NCBI GenBank assembly: GCA_030648835.1
Contig: JAUSGT010000002.1
Span: forward strand, 565,458 to 629,457
DNA from: Candidatus Moraniibacteriota bacterium
GTDB lineage: Bacteria > Patescibacteriota > Minisyncoccia > Moranbacterales > UBA1568
DNA: 64,000 nt
Reading direction: 5' to 3'
Positions 20,166-29,799 of this stretch are shown here, in pieces. The notes beneath the pieces are model-generated. The model was not told the origin of the DNA. It saw only the letters and a list, made by a program, of their open reading frames with translations, and did no database searches. The position numbers and the translations under genes were made by a program. Position 1 is the stretch's first letter. Every line of letters begins with the position of its first letter.

Positions 20166-20339
20166 AAATCAATTAGCAAATAACAATTAACAGTTAACAA
20201 AAACACAAATACTCCCCTATTCTACAGGAAAACAGATTTTTTTCAAGAGAAAAAAACACGCGCCGCAACCACTTTCTGGTCACGGCGTCGCGATGAGACG
20301 AATCTATCTCTCTATTTATTTGAAACGCAGATCCCTCGT

Positions 20340-20966
20340 TCAGCATCCGCTACGCAACTTTACCAGCGTTTCCTGTACTTCTTCGACATATATGTCGTAA
20401 CGGTACGCAAGAGGTAACCAAAAACGTTCGATTTCTAGCGCTTTTTGACAAATCTTCTCGTTTGTCGGATTCCAAAGCGTGTGTCCGTTATGCCATACAT
20501 CACCCAACTTCCACACCGCGGCATGCTTGGGCGCGTCGCGGAAAAAGTTGAGGCAATAAGCTTCTCGCGCTTGCTGCTTATTTTTTATATGATCGAAGCG
20601 CCGCATATTGCCCCAATCGACGATGATGGCGACATCTCTTCCGAACGTTCCTTCCATCCGTTCGATTGGCCAGATCTCGGGTTTATCCTCCGGCATATCA
20701 TGGTCAAGAGCGGCGATAATGACTTGCGGCCGATGTAAACCATACATCTCAATAACAAATGAGGCCACGGCTTTGGGGTGTTCCGCGTACGCCTCGCCAC
20801 TATCCCGAGCATCGCCGTCGTGAGCCTCACGCATTGATTCATAGGCTTTGGTAACGGAGCGGTACACATCAGAGCCATATGGGTACCGTGAACGCACACG
20901 GCTGAAGATAAATCCCTCGCTCTGCGCGGGAGTACGGTCAAGAATCGCGCGTAATCCTGGTTGCAT
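20340..20966 (-). CDS. HD-domain protein, RelA/SpoT hydrolase-like (small alarmone hydrolase)
   Basis: H..R.SGE.Y..HP, AALDHD..ED, KLGD..HN; SD GAGGAGGT. Confidence 0.8.
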   Translation of the reverse strand: MQPGLRAILDRTPAQSEGFIFSRVRSRYPYGSDVYRSVTKAYESMREAHDGDARDSGEAYAEHPKAVASFVIEMYGLHRPQVIIAALDHDMPEDKPEIWPIERMEGTFGRDVAIIVDWGNMRRFDHIKNKQQAREAYCLNFFRDAPKHAAVWKLGDVWHNGHTLWNPTNEKICQKALEIERFWLPLAYRYDIYVEEVQETLVKLRSGC

Positions 20967-21076
20967 GATATACCTCCTCAATTGGTAATTGATTGGGTTG
21001 GTAAATAACCGAACACTTTAAAGTAAAACAAAAAGTTGCCTCTGTCAAGGCAACCTGAGGCTCCATTTAAAACATT

Positions 21077-21991
21077 TCAGACCTTCAGATAGCGCCGAAT
21101 AGCAATGGCGCTTGAGACAACGCCAAGAGAGATACCGAGAAGTATCAATCCGCCGAGAATGTACCAGAACGAGTCAAGGTAAAGATTCAGAAGATTCCCC
21201 TGAGGCAAAGCTCCTTGGGTGAACGGGGAAAAATAATACGCCATACCGAAAAGGAGAGCTGTCGTGATGATTGCCGCAACCAAACCATAGAGCGCCCCCT
21301 CAAAAACAAACGGCATTCGCACATAGATATTGGAAGCGCCTACGAGACGCATAATCTCAAATTCCTGGCGATGAGAATAGATGGTAATACGTATTGTGTT
21401 GAAAGTGATGAGGATAGCCACAAAAATAAATATGGACCCCAGTATCAAGCCGGCTTTTTTTGTCGTCTGATTGATGTGATCAAGCCGCTCAAAAATCTTC
21501 TTGTTCTTGGCATAATTGATACGGCTGATATCGTTCTGAAACGTCGAACCCTCGATCTGGGTCACGATAAGCGGATAGTCCTCCGGTTTTACCGCTTTGA
21601 TAATGAGCGATGCCAAAAGCGGATTCTCTCCGATTTCTTTGATGGCTTGAGCGATAATCGGATCATTGCCGCTCTCCGCCAAGAATGTTTCCAGCGCCTT
21701 GTCGCGCGAAACATATTCTATGAAAACGATCTCTTTTGTATATTTGGAAAGCTCATTTTTTATTTGGAGAATTCGCTCTTCCGTCACGTCCGGATTGAAA
21801 GAAACGCTCACGCTCACCTTGGAGCGCATATTTTCCAGTATCAGGCTGGTGGTCACACCGATAAGGAACGAAAGGCTCACGATAAAAAGCGAGAGGGTTA
21901 GGATACTGACCGTCGCGAATGTCAGCCAACCATTACGGCGGAAATTTTCTTTCCCTTCTTTGAATGTGCGCCAGAGCTTGAGCGTTTTCAT
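21077..21991 (-). CDS. ftsX: Cell division permease FtsX
   Basis: 4 TM, NTIRITI..EFEIMRLVGA..PFVFEG; follows ftsE. Confidence 0.94.
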   Translation of the reverse strand: MKTLKLWRTFKEGKENFRRNGWLTFATVSILTLSLFIVSLSFLIGVTTSLILENMRSKVSVSVSFNPDVTEERILQIKNELSKYTKEIVFIEYVSRDKALETFLAESGNDPIIAQAIKEIGENPLLASLIIKAVKPEDYPLIVTQIEGSTFQNDISRINYAKNKKIFERLDHINQTTKKAGLILGSIFIFVAILITFNTIRITIYSHRQEFEIMRLVGASNIYVRMPFVFEGALYGLVAAIITTALLFGMAYYFSPFTQGALPQGNLLNLYLDSFWYILGGLILLGISLGVVSSAIAIRRYLKV

Positions 21992-21996
21992 ATCGC

Positions 21997-22698
21997 TTAT
22001 TGTAACATATATTTGCCCTTGTCCTGGTCATGAGAAATCCGACCCTTGTTGATAAGAATAACACGCTTGCCCAATTTGTCGACGACGCCCTTGTTGTGTG
22101 TCGCGAGAAGCACGGTCGTACCGAAGGAATTGATTTGGAGGAGCAACTGAATGATTTCGTTGGCCGAAACAGGATCAAGGTTACCGGTAGGTTCATCGGC
22201 GATGATCACTTTGGGACGATGGATGAGCGCCCGCGCGAGAGAGACACGCTGTTGCTCCCCTCCGGATAACTGTCTCGGAAAGTGATACATTTTATCCCCA
22301 AGCCCCACGATTTCAAGAATTTCCGGTACCTCCAGATCAATATCTGCGGTGCTCCGACCATCGACTTCCAAAGCGTAAGCGACGTTTTCGAAAGCGGTCC
22401 GCTCCGGCAACAATTTGAAATCCTGAAATACCGTCCCAATATTGCGGCGAAAAAACGGCAAATGTTTGCGACTGATATGACTCAAAGGTCGCTCATTGAA
22501 ATAAATTTCACCCTCGGTCGGTTCCTCCTCCGCGTAAATAAGTTTGAGCAATGTCGATTTCCCGGCACCGCTCGCGCCAACGATAGAAATAAACTCTCCC
22601 GGCTGAACAGATAAGTTGATACCTGTAAGTACACTAACATCGCCAGGAAAAATCTTGGCAACATTTTCAAAGCGGATAATAGGTTGGGTGGCTGGCAT
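21997..22698 (-). CDS. ftsE: Cell division ATPase FtsE
   Basis: [35 protein letters not shown]. Confidence 0.94.
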   Translation of the reverse strand: MPATQPIIRFENVAKIFPGDVSVLTGINLSVQPGEFISIVGASGAGKSTLLKLIYAEEEPTEGEIYFNERPLSHISRKHLPFFRRNIGTVFQDFKLLPERTAFENVAYALEVDGRSTADIDLEVPEILEIVGLGDKMYHFPRQLSGGEQQRVSLARALIHRPKVIIADEPTGNLDPVSANEIIQLLLQINSFGTTVLLATHNKGVVDKLGKRVILINKGRISHDQDKGKYMLQ

Positions 22699-22726
22699 AT
22701 ATTTTTTGTTTTACCGGAATGAATAC

Positions 22727-23819
22727 TTAATGGGACTGTAAGTAACGCAATTCGCTTTCGATAAAAGCTTGTAAATGACCGTCAAGCACCGAACCGGTAT
22801 CACTGGTTTCGGTAGCGGTCCGATGATCTTTGACGAGCGTATAAGGATGCAGCACATACGAGCGAATCTGATTGCCCCATTCGACGCTTTTAAATTCCCC
22901 GCGCAGCTTTCTTTTTTCCGCCGCCTGTTCCTCGATATGTTTTTGCGCCAGTTTGGCAAGAAGCATTTTCATCGCTTCTTCTTTATTTTGCAGTTGAGAG
23001 CGCTCGCTCTGACTGCTGGCGACGAGACCGGTCGGGATATGCGTGACGCGCACGGCGCTTTCGGTCTTGTTCACATTCTGACCGCCGGCACCCGATGAAC
23101 GATAGGTATCGATACGCAAATCATCTTGCTTGACAGAAAGCATCGCCACATCATCGATGACCGGCATCACTTCCACCGAAGCAAACGATGTCTGACGCAA
23201 ACTGTTGGCGTTGAACGGAGAAAGTCTCACCAGGCGATGAATGCCGGCCTCCCCGCGCAAATAACCGTAGGCATACATCCCTATTATTTCAATAGTGGCG
23301 CTCTTGATTCCGGCCTCGCCTCCGCGTGACTCATCGAGAAGACGCGTTTTCCACCCGCTATTCTCGGCATACCTGAGATACATCCTGAGAAGCATTTCCG
23401 CCCAATCTTGGGCATCTACCCCTCCCGCGCCACTTCTTACCGTCAGAAGGGCGTTTTTTGGGTCATATTCACCTCCCAGAAGTGTCTTCAACTCCCATTC
23501 ATTCAGGGCTTTCTCGACGAGCGCAGATTCCCTTTCCAACTCCTCGGCATCTTGTGGTTTCAAGTCTTCCAAAAGGGCAAAACTGGCCAGGTCAGTGAGA
23601 GTTTTCTTCAGACGTTCATAAGAAGCACGTTCGTTCTCCAGAGCTTCCAGTTCCTGCATCACGCGCCCGGCAGCCTTTGGATCATTCCAAAAATGAGGTT
23701 GCTCACTTTGCAGACGGAGTTCCTCTCTACGAACTTTTTTCCGCCCGACGTCAAAGATAGTCCTGCAACTGCAGGAGTTTTTGTTGAAGAACCGCAACTT
23801 TTTCTTGCATCGTATTCAT
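22727..23819 (-). CDS. prfB: Peptide chain release factor 2 with programmed +1 frameshift
   Basis: SPF and GGQ motifs; ATG at 23819 reads MNTMQEK..QDYL then CTT TGA C (23750-23756) into the main frame. Confidence 0.95.
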
Positions 23820-23924
23820 ACGTTTGTCAGTATAACATATAAACTGTATCGAAAAAAGTGGGGTGGGTTGAAAAATTTTCCATTATCCTGTAGGATAAGA
23901 AACGTTTTGAAAAGATCAAAATAT

Positions 23925-23957
23925 GCCGATGTAGCTCAGTTGGTAGAGCGGCACATT
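23925..23957 (+). pseudogene. Isolated 5' half of a tRNA (Thr-like)
   Basis: GCCGATG TA GCTC AGTTGGTA GAGC G GCACA TT, then no anticodon-stem complement or T arm. Confidence 0.7.
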
Positions 23958-24005
23958 TCCTCCAAAGGGCGGATAAACTCCACGCGCAGATTTACAAAAA
24001 GAAAC

Positions 24006-24078
24006 GCCAAGATAGCTCAGTTGGTAGAGCAATGCATTCGTAACGCATAGGTCCCGGGTTCGAATCCCGGTCTTGGCT
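24006..24078 (+). tRNA. tRNA-Thr(CGU)
   Basis: GCCAAGA..ATGCA TT CGT AA CGCAT..GGTTCGAATCC..TCTTGGC. Confidence 0.95.
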
Positions 24079-24085
24079 CAAAAAG

Positions 24086-24114
24086 TTGACACCGAAAGCA
24101 TAGTGTACTAGATT
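24086..24114 (+). promoter_or_regulatory. sigma70 promoter; predicted start site at or near the leader ATG
   Basis: TTGACA-N17-TAGATT, ATG 7 nt after the -10 box. Confidence 0.75.
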
Positions 24115-24120
24115 ACACAT

Positions 24121-24198
24121 ATGAAAAACATATTCCAAAATTCTTCTTGCGCTTATTATACTGGTCTTTATCTCCTAAAGGCTGGTAGCGCTTTGTAA
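24121..24198 (+). CDS. Putative Tyr-sensing leader peptide MKNIFQNSSCAYYTGLYLLKAGSAL
   Basis: 25-codon uORF with three TAT codons; contains the antiterminator strand. Confidence 0.65.
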   Translation: MKNIFQNSSCAYYTGLYLLKAGSAL

Positions 24199-24248
24199 TA
24201 CATTCGAAACTATTAGAAAGCATAATCGAGCCTTTAGGCTCGTTTTTT
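24174..24248 (+). promoter_or_regulatory. Transcription attenuator
   Basis: Terminator CGAGCC-TTTA-GGCTCG-T6 (24227-24248); CCTAAAGGCT (24174-24183) complements AGCCTTTAGG (24229-24238). Confidence 0.7.
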
Positions 24249-24294
24249 GTATATCCATACGAAAAAAGTAGTCCGTTAACAATGAGGAGAAAAA

Positions 24295-25362
24295 ATGAAA
24301 ACCATTGCCATAATCGGTGTCGGAGTGGTCGGGAGCGCGTTCGCAGAATTCTTTGAATGCAAGCACAAAGTGCTTCGCGTCGATCTCGACACGGAACTCA
24401 CACTAGAAGACGCGGCGCGGGTTGCGGACGTGGTCTTCATCGTCACGCTGCCTATCGAAGGCGTGGCGACGCTTTTCGCCCGCGCAGTCAGCGTCATGCG
24501 GCCCGGTACGCTGCTCATCCATGGAACGTCTATCGAAAATCCTACTGCCCCGCATCATATTGATACGACACTAGCCATCGAAAAAGGCATAACCGCTTGT
24601 CACTGCCACCTTCATTTCAAGCCAGAAATACCACTCGCCAGAACCTTGTTCGGACAGAATGTCTCCATTTCTATCGTTGGGAAAAACGAAAAAATTTGGG
24701 GAGATTGGCTGGAACATGAATTTATGCCGTTTCAACCGCTGCTGCATCATCTCAAGCCGGGCGAACATGACAACATAACCGTCGTCAGCCAACTCGTCCA
24801 TACGATTGTCACGGCCGTGATCGGAGCTGCATGGCAAAAGATTCCTTCGCAAATCGTAACAAAAGGAATTGGTATTGGAGGACCGCCTTGCCGTTTTCTC
24901 ATCCGCTCGATCTTCCGTACTGCGTCTGCCGGAAAAGTTATGAGTAGCATTTTGTTCAACCACCCACTTGCCCTTGCTTTTATCGAACATGTGGAGGAAG
25001 CACTCCAAGAGCTCAAAAATCTTATTCGCAAAAAAGATGAGGCATCGCTAGAAACGATGCTCGGCGCGGCAAGAAAGATATTTGACCAGAAAAAACTCGC
25101 AGCTTGGGACGAATCCACCAGCCGGCTCATCCGATTGGAAGCGGACATGCAAAAGACGGTGGCAGCATTTCGTTTTCCTGCAGAGAAAAATATATCCGGT
25201 CTGCTGGAAAAGATTCTTCATGAATTTGGCAAACGTGGTATCGATATGACGTCGACCATCGCCCAGGTCACGCCTGACGGTGGCTGTATCATCATGATCG
25301 GTGTCAAAGAAAACAGCCCGGCCGTGCAAGAAGCCGAAACGGAAATTAGAAAATGGATGTGA
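24295..25362 (+). CDS. Prephenate/arogenate dehydrogenase-like protein with C-terminal ACT domain
   Basis: IIGVGVVG Rossmann, H.HFKP, EHD..SQL.H, ACT-like GLLEKILHEFGKRGIDMTS. Confidence 0.75.
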   Translation: MKTIAIIGVGVVGSAFAEFFECKHKVLRVDLDTELTLEDAARVADVVFIVTLPIEGVATLFARAVSVMRPGTLLIHGTSIENPTAPHHIDTTLAIEKGITACHCHLHFKPEIPLARTLFGQNVSISIVGKNEKIWGDWLEHEFMPFQPLLHHLKPGEHDNITVVSQLVHTIVTAVIGAAWQKIPSQIVTKGIGIGGPPCRFLIRSIFRTASAGKVMSSILFNHPLALAFIEHVEEALQELKNLIRKKDEASLETMLGAARKIFDQKKLAAWDESTSRLIRLEADMQKTVAAFRFPAEKNISGLLEKILHEFGKRGIDMTSTIAQVTPDGGCIIMIGVKENSPAVQEAETEIRKWM

Positions 25363-25405
25363 GATCCATACAGTACCATGACCTCCTTTTCAATCGCACT
25401 CACAC

Positions 25406-25445
25406 AAAGCCCCCGAGGATAAATCCAGAGGGGCTTTTTCTTTTT
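25406..25445. terminator. Bidirectional terminator
   Basis: AAAGCCCC..GGGGCTTTT between convergent genes. Confidence 0.65.
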
Positions 25446-25458
25446 GTAACAAAATTCA

Positions 25459-26505
25459 TCACTTCGCCAACTCAGCATCGATAGCTGCTTTCAGAGCGTC
25501 AAGCCCGACAGCGCCAGACAAGAAAGTTCCATTCACGAATGTTCCTGGCGTACCGCTGATAAAAAAGCTGGCGGCTTGTGTCTTATCGGCATCCACCTTG
25601 TACTGATATTTTTTCGTATCCAGACACTTCGCGAATTCCCGCCCATTCATACCATAGCGCCATGCATAATCCTTGAATTTCTGGGTACCGGTTGTTTTTG
25701 CCCACTCATCTTGCTTGACGAAAAGGTTGTCGGCATACGCCTGAAATTTCCCCTGCTCATTGGCGCACGAGACAGACAGCGCCGCGTTGTTCGCCTGCGG
25801 ATGAATGGAAAGTGGCAGATGTTTGTAAACAAACAATATTTTATCTCCATACTCCTTACGTGCCTGATTGAGATCAGCCTGAAACGCTTTGCAATACGGG
25901 CACTGGAAATCGGAGAACTCAATAATCTTCACCTTAGCGTCCTTGGCACCGGCCATAATATCATCGTCATCGATTTCCGGCAATTTCAGATATTTCCCCA
26001 CCGGCAAACCGATTTTTCCCATATCGAAAAAATAGCTGCCGCTCTCCGTTACAAACAGACTCGAAGCTTGGGTATAAAAATCAGTCCCTATTACGCTGTC
26101 CGAAAAAATGAAAGCCGGCAGAGAGACTATGTCGAAACGCTCGATCAGAAGCTTGCCTAAATAAGAATCACTTTCAACGGATGAAACTTCCAGCGTCGGC
26201 ACCACCCGGCGCAGCCAAAGAAGCGCTTCACTCGGATCGCACTCGGCACAACTCCTGTCCGTAACAACCTGGACTGCCACTTTCGGGTCGTTGTAAGCCA
26301 CCCAGGTCTTGCCGCCGGTTTCGAGCAGATCATAATTCTTCACGGCACCGCGAGAAAACCCCCTGCCCACCGTCAGTTGGGCGAAATCCACAAACAGACT
26401 GCCGAGAAACAACCCCGCGAGAAGGATTGCCAACGCGGACAAGTTCTTCACTTTCTCTTTTTCGGTTTCCGTCTTTTCGATTTTATCGGGAAAAAGCGTT
26501 TCCAT
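25459..26505 (-). CDS. DsbA/BdbD-like thioredoxin-fold protein
   Basis: EFSDFQCPYC, HLPL..H, GTPGTFVNG; extra CAEC domain; TM anchor. Confidence 0.88.
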   Translation of the reverse strand: METLFPDKIEKTETEKEKVKNLSALAILLAGLFLGSLFVDFAQLTVGRGFSRGAVKNYDLLETGGKTWVAYNDPKVAVQVVTDRSCAECDPSEALLWLRRVVPTLEVSSVESDSYLGKLLIERFDIVSLPAFIFSDSVIGTDFYTQASSLFVTESGSYFFDMGKIGLPVGKYLKLPEIDDDDIMAGAKDAKVKIIEFSDFQCPYCKAFQADLNQARKEYGDKILFVYKHLPLSIHPQANNAALSVSCANEQGKFQAYADNLFVKQDEWAKTTGTQKFKDYAWRYGMNGREFAKCLDTKKYQYKVDADKTQAASFFISGTPGTFVNGTFLSGAVGLDALKAAIDAELAK

Positions 26506-26529
26506 AATCTCACATATGACATTAAACAA

Positions 26530-26967
26530 TTACTCCGAACACACGCCGGCAGATATGGCATCGTTCTCTATGAACGCGTTGCCATTCTCAGTCACTTTCT
26601 TTTGAACAGCATTCATATTGAGAAGCCTCTCCTTGGAAGGCAACGTGTAGTCCTCAAAACCGATGGTAATAGTTTGTGACGCCGCTGTTTTGAGACCGTA
26701 GCCAACCAAGAACGCCACGATAAAAAGCACTACCAAATCACGCCTGGTATACTCGCTTTGGACTACCAGACGCGTGTACAGAGATTTCAAAAAGTTTTCC
26801 CCATCTTTCCGAAGGGTATTCTTACGAAGTCGCGCCCACACATCTTCGCTATGGGGCAATCGTCCCAAAAGTCTAAAAAAGGATTTTTTTACATCGCGCA
26901 GGGTGTCAGACAGCTTTTTTCGCAACGTATGCAAATGTTTCCTGAAAAAGTATATGTTGTATTTCAT
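26530..26967 (-). CDS. Hypothetical membrane protein
   Basis: One TM, TITIGFEDY; fits the operon. Confidence 0.65.
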   Translation of the reverse strand: MKYNIYFFRKHLHTLRKKLSDTLRDVKKSFFRLLGRLPHSEDVWARLRKNTLRKDGENFLKSLYTRLVVQSEYTRRDLVVLFIVAFLVGYGLKTAASQTITIGFEDYTLPSKERLLNMNAVQKKVTENGNAFIENDAISAGVCSE

Positions 26968-27052
26968 ATATCCTATCCTCATTCCACTGATGGGAAAGCT
27001 AAAAAAGGTGATAGGGTAAGCTATCACAAGATAGGTAACGGAGCAAGTGCTT

Positions 27053-27394
27053 TCAAAGTTTTGTTATATCTTCCAGAACCGTATCCAAGTCTTCAAGACT
27101 TTTGGAGCCGAGACCATCAGCCCGGCAGGATGGATCACGAAGCTCCTGACGCACCCTCTCTACCGCCAGAAACGGCTTCACCCCTTTGACAATATTGTCA
27201 TTGATAGCGATATTGGGCCCCTCTTTGCAGAAATTGAAACATTCATACACCGGCAAGACCAAGGCCTCTTCTTTCGACAGCCCTTCTTTCAGATTTGCGT
27301 AAATTTCCTCTGCGCCTTTTTGGCAGCAGTCTTTGTGCAGACACACCTTGATGGTAGCCCGGGTGTCTTTGGATTGTGAATTTTCTTCCGGCAT
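27053..27394 (-). CDS. Thioredoxin-like [2Fe-2S] ferredoxin domain protein
   Basis: VC...CC..GA, C...C..GPN. Confidence 0.8.
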   Translation of the reverse strand: MPEENSQSKDTRATIKVCLHKDCCQKGAEEIYANLKEGLSKEEALVLPVYECFNFCKEGPNIAINDNIVKGVKPFLAVERVRQELRDPSCRADGLGSKSLEDLDTVLEDITKL

Positions 27395-27431
27395 AAGTGT
27401 TAGTGCAAGATACACGATAATAAATGAGACT

Positions 27432-28142
27432 TCAAGAGACCAGTCCGATTACGGCCACCATTGCCTCAATCTTCTCTGGCTTATCGCGACGGTAAGAAAA
27501 GTATTTTTCGGAAAGACAAGAGGTACATTCACCGGAATCGGAAATCATAACGATGCCGTTTTCTTTCAGTTGTCGATAGATAATTTTTTTGATATCGAGA
27601 AAAAGTTGTCCCTCCTTTTTCAAAATGGCTTCCGGATAATTTTCAAAAAGAACGGCTCGCTCAGGAGGGATAAGGTAATGCTTTTGACAAATGCCGGGCC
27701 CGAGAGTGACAGCTATACCAAGAGGATCACTTCCCTCTTTTTTCATCAGTCCGAGCGTATCCGCTACAATATTTTTCACCGCTCCTGACCAACCGATATG
27801 AGTCAGTCCCATCATCTTTTTTTTCTCATCATAGAAATAAACCGGGTAACAATCGGCGACGGTGATAGCGAGCGCCACCGCCGGATCAATAGTGACGAGA
27901 CCATCGGTTTCGAGAATGTAGTCCGGGGAGTCATGGTCGACAATGGCGACGTGATTTCCATGCACCAGATGAGCGGCAATCACTTTCTTTCCATCCAACC
28001 CAACTTTTTCAAAGTATTGTTTCCGATTCTCGATATTTTCAGACAACCAGTCTTCTCGTTTTGGCAAAAGTCGCATCGAACCATCTTTCTTTTCCGAAAG
28101 GACAGCAATAATTTCCGGAAATTGTTTGAAAAAAGCAAACAT
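27432..28142 (-). CDS. pgeF: YfiH/PgeF laccase-domain protein
   Basis: VHG, DGLVT, VADC.PV, HIGW, GPGI, CT.C..FSYRR. Confidence 0.9.
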   Translation of the reverse strand: MFAFFKQFPEIIAVLSEKKDGSMRLLPKREDWLSENIENRKQYFEKVGLDGKKVIAAHLVHGNHVAIVDHDSPDYILETDGLVTIDPAVALAITVADCYPVYFYDEKKKMMGLTHIGWSGAVKNIVADTLGLMKKEGSDPLGIAVTLGPGICQKHYLIPPERAVLFENYPEAILKKEGQLFLDIKKIIYRQLKENGIVMISDSGECTSCLSEKYFSYRRDKPEKIEAMVAVIGLVS

Positions 28143-28143
28143 C

Positions 28144-28698
28144 TTATAAACTTAGAAGTTTACGGAATTTTTCTTTTTCTTTCGGGTAGAGGCGCATACG
28201 ATACAAATAAACCAATAAGTCCTTATGCCGAAACCTTTCATCTTCAGTAAGCAGCAAAAAATTTTCAAAGTTTACCAAAATATTCTCTATCTTTTCTCCG
28301 GCATCCAGATTTGGTTTCCCCGTCACTCGGCAATTTTTCGCTATAAATAAATGATTTTCCCAATCCATATACCCATGGGATCCGAGGACTTTCCACAGGT
28401 GCCAATTGCTACTCTCCAGTCCGGTTTCTTCAAAAAGTTCTCTTTTAGCCGCTGTCAAGATATCTTCACCATCGTCTACGAGACCGCCTGGCATACTGAC
28501 AAAAGATTTTTTGCGGGGCTGCTCTTGATTCTGAATAACTATTCTGCCGTCTTGCACGGCAATAATAGTAACCGATGACCGCCGTTTTATATTTTCAAAT
28601 GTAGCCTTTGAACCATCGAAAAGCTCCTGCTCCCACTGATATATTTCACAGCGCTTACCTTTAAATACCAATTTTGAATTTTTCGGAAGTTTTGTCAT
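28144..28698 (-). CDS. Nudix hydrolase (ADP-ribose pyrophosphatase-like)
   Basis: PGGLVDDGE..AAKRELFEETG. Confidence 0.88.
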   Translation of the reverse strand: MTKLPKNSKLVFKGKRCEIYQWEQELFDGSKATFENIKRRSSVTIIAVQDGRIVIQNQEQPRKKSFVSMPGGLVDDGEDILTAAKRELFEETGLESSNWHLWKVLGSHGYMDWENHLFIAKNCRVTGKPNLDAGEKIENILVNFENFLLLTEDERFRHKDLLVYLYRMRLYPKEKEKFRKLLSL

Positions 28699-28744
28699 AT
28701 CCTCTATTCCCAAACTTGTCAGAAAAAACCAAAATTAAATTCTT

Positions 28745-28984
28745 CTACTCCGGACCGCCGTAGATGTTTTCGATAGTGGCAAGAAGACGGTCTATTTCTT
28801 TTCCTGTTTCGGTATTCTTCGTCAGAAGCTGCGCCGTCCGCAACATTCTTTTCACTTCCTCGCGTTCACCTCTGTCAAAGAGCCCACTTTCAAGTGACTC
28901 TTCCACTCGGGCAATCAACCCCTCCGCAGTTTCATTCCCCACTTCTTCCGCTTCGATTTTTTCATTTGGATTTTCCGGATGCAT
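28745..28984 (-). CDS. Hypothetical acidic protein
   Basis: Tightly packed in the operon. Confidence 0.55.
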   Translation of the reverse strand: MHPENPNEKIEAEEVGNETAEGLIARVEESLESGLFDRGEREEVKRMLRTAQLLTKNTETGKEIDRLLATIENIYGGPE

Positions 28985-28988
28985 ATTT

Positions 28989-29285
28989 CTATTCTTTGGC
29001 TTGAAAACCGATGACAGTAGATGGGGCTTCCGACACTTTGACATTTCCAAACTGCGCTTCGTATTTTTTTAAATTCTCGGCCATCGCGACGGCCATTCGC
29101 TTGAAATGTCCGGGAGAAACAATTACACGCGCGTTGAGTGTCCCTGTCGGCGGAAACACGTTCATAAAATCGATAACGAATTCTTCCTTGGTATGGAGGA
29201 TATTCGCCATATTCGAATACAGTCCTCTCAATACTTCATCCGTCGCTTTGATTTGAATTTGATTCTGCTGCGGTTGTTTATCCAT
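28989..29285 (-). CDS. DUF3467-like protein
   Basis: G.YSN..I.HT.EEFVIDF..ARVIVSP.HFK..YEAQFG. Confidence 0.8.
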   Translation of the reverse strand: MDKQPQQNQIQIKATDEVLRGLYSNMANILHTKEEFVIDFMNVFPPTGTLNARVIVSPGHFKRMAVAMAENLKKYEAQFGNVKVSEAPSTVIGFQAKE

Positions 29286-29286
29286 A

Positions 29287-29784
29287 TTATTTCTTTAAAA
29301 AATTTCTTAATTTCTCGGCGGCTACCTTCACTTCCGCAATGATCTCCGGAGTTTTCATATTTTCTCGAGCATACCGTGAAGCGGGTCGCACAGAGCTTAT
29401 TCTATCACCGAATTTTTCCACATCATTCATCCATTCATAACACGGCATAAACCAGACATGAAAGTGATGTTTCGTACTCTCTTCCTGAACGAAATAGATG
29501 GTCTCAATGCCAAGAACTTCACGCTGTGCCTTGCGAATCTTCCGCACCAACGCAATAAACTCTGTCGCTTCCTCATCTGTGAACTCATCAAAACTTTTTA
29601 TATGTCTGCGCGGCGTCAGTATCACGAATCCGGGAATAGGGTTGGCATAGTCCTGATGGCAATGAAAAAGCTCCGTCGTGAGAACAAGACCTGGCACATC
29701 CTCTCCGCTTTCATTATACCAGCATCCCATACATTCCATTTCCCTTTTCACTCCCGTGAAATCTTCAGCGATTCTTTTTAGCAT
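29287..29784 (-). CDS. HIT family hydrolase
   Basis: C..C, PGFVIL.PRRH, HFHVW. Confidence 0.8.
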   Translation of the reverse strand: MLKRIAEDFTGVKREMECMGCWYNESGEDVPGLVLTTELFHCHQDYANPIPGFVILTPRRHIKSFDEFTDEEATEFIALVRKIRKAQREVLGIETIYFVQEESTKHHFHVWFMPCYEWMNDVEKFGDRISSVRPASRYARENMKTPEIIAEVKVAAEKLRNFLKK

Positions 29785-29799
29785 AAATAAAATTATTTG

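Noticed and set aside
22727-23797. prfB start as given in the ORF track, or prfB as a pseudogene
   Set aside because: Explained by the programmed frameshift from ATG 23819
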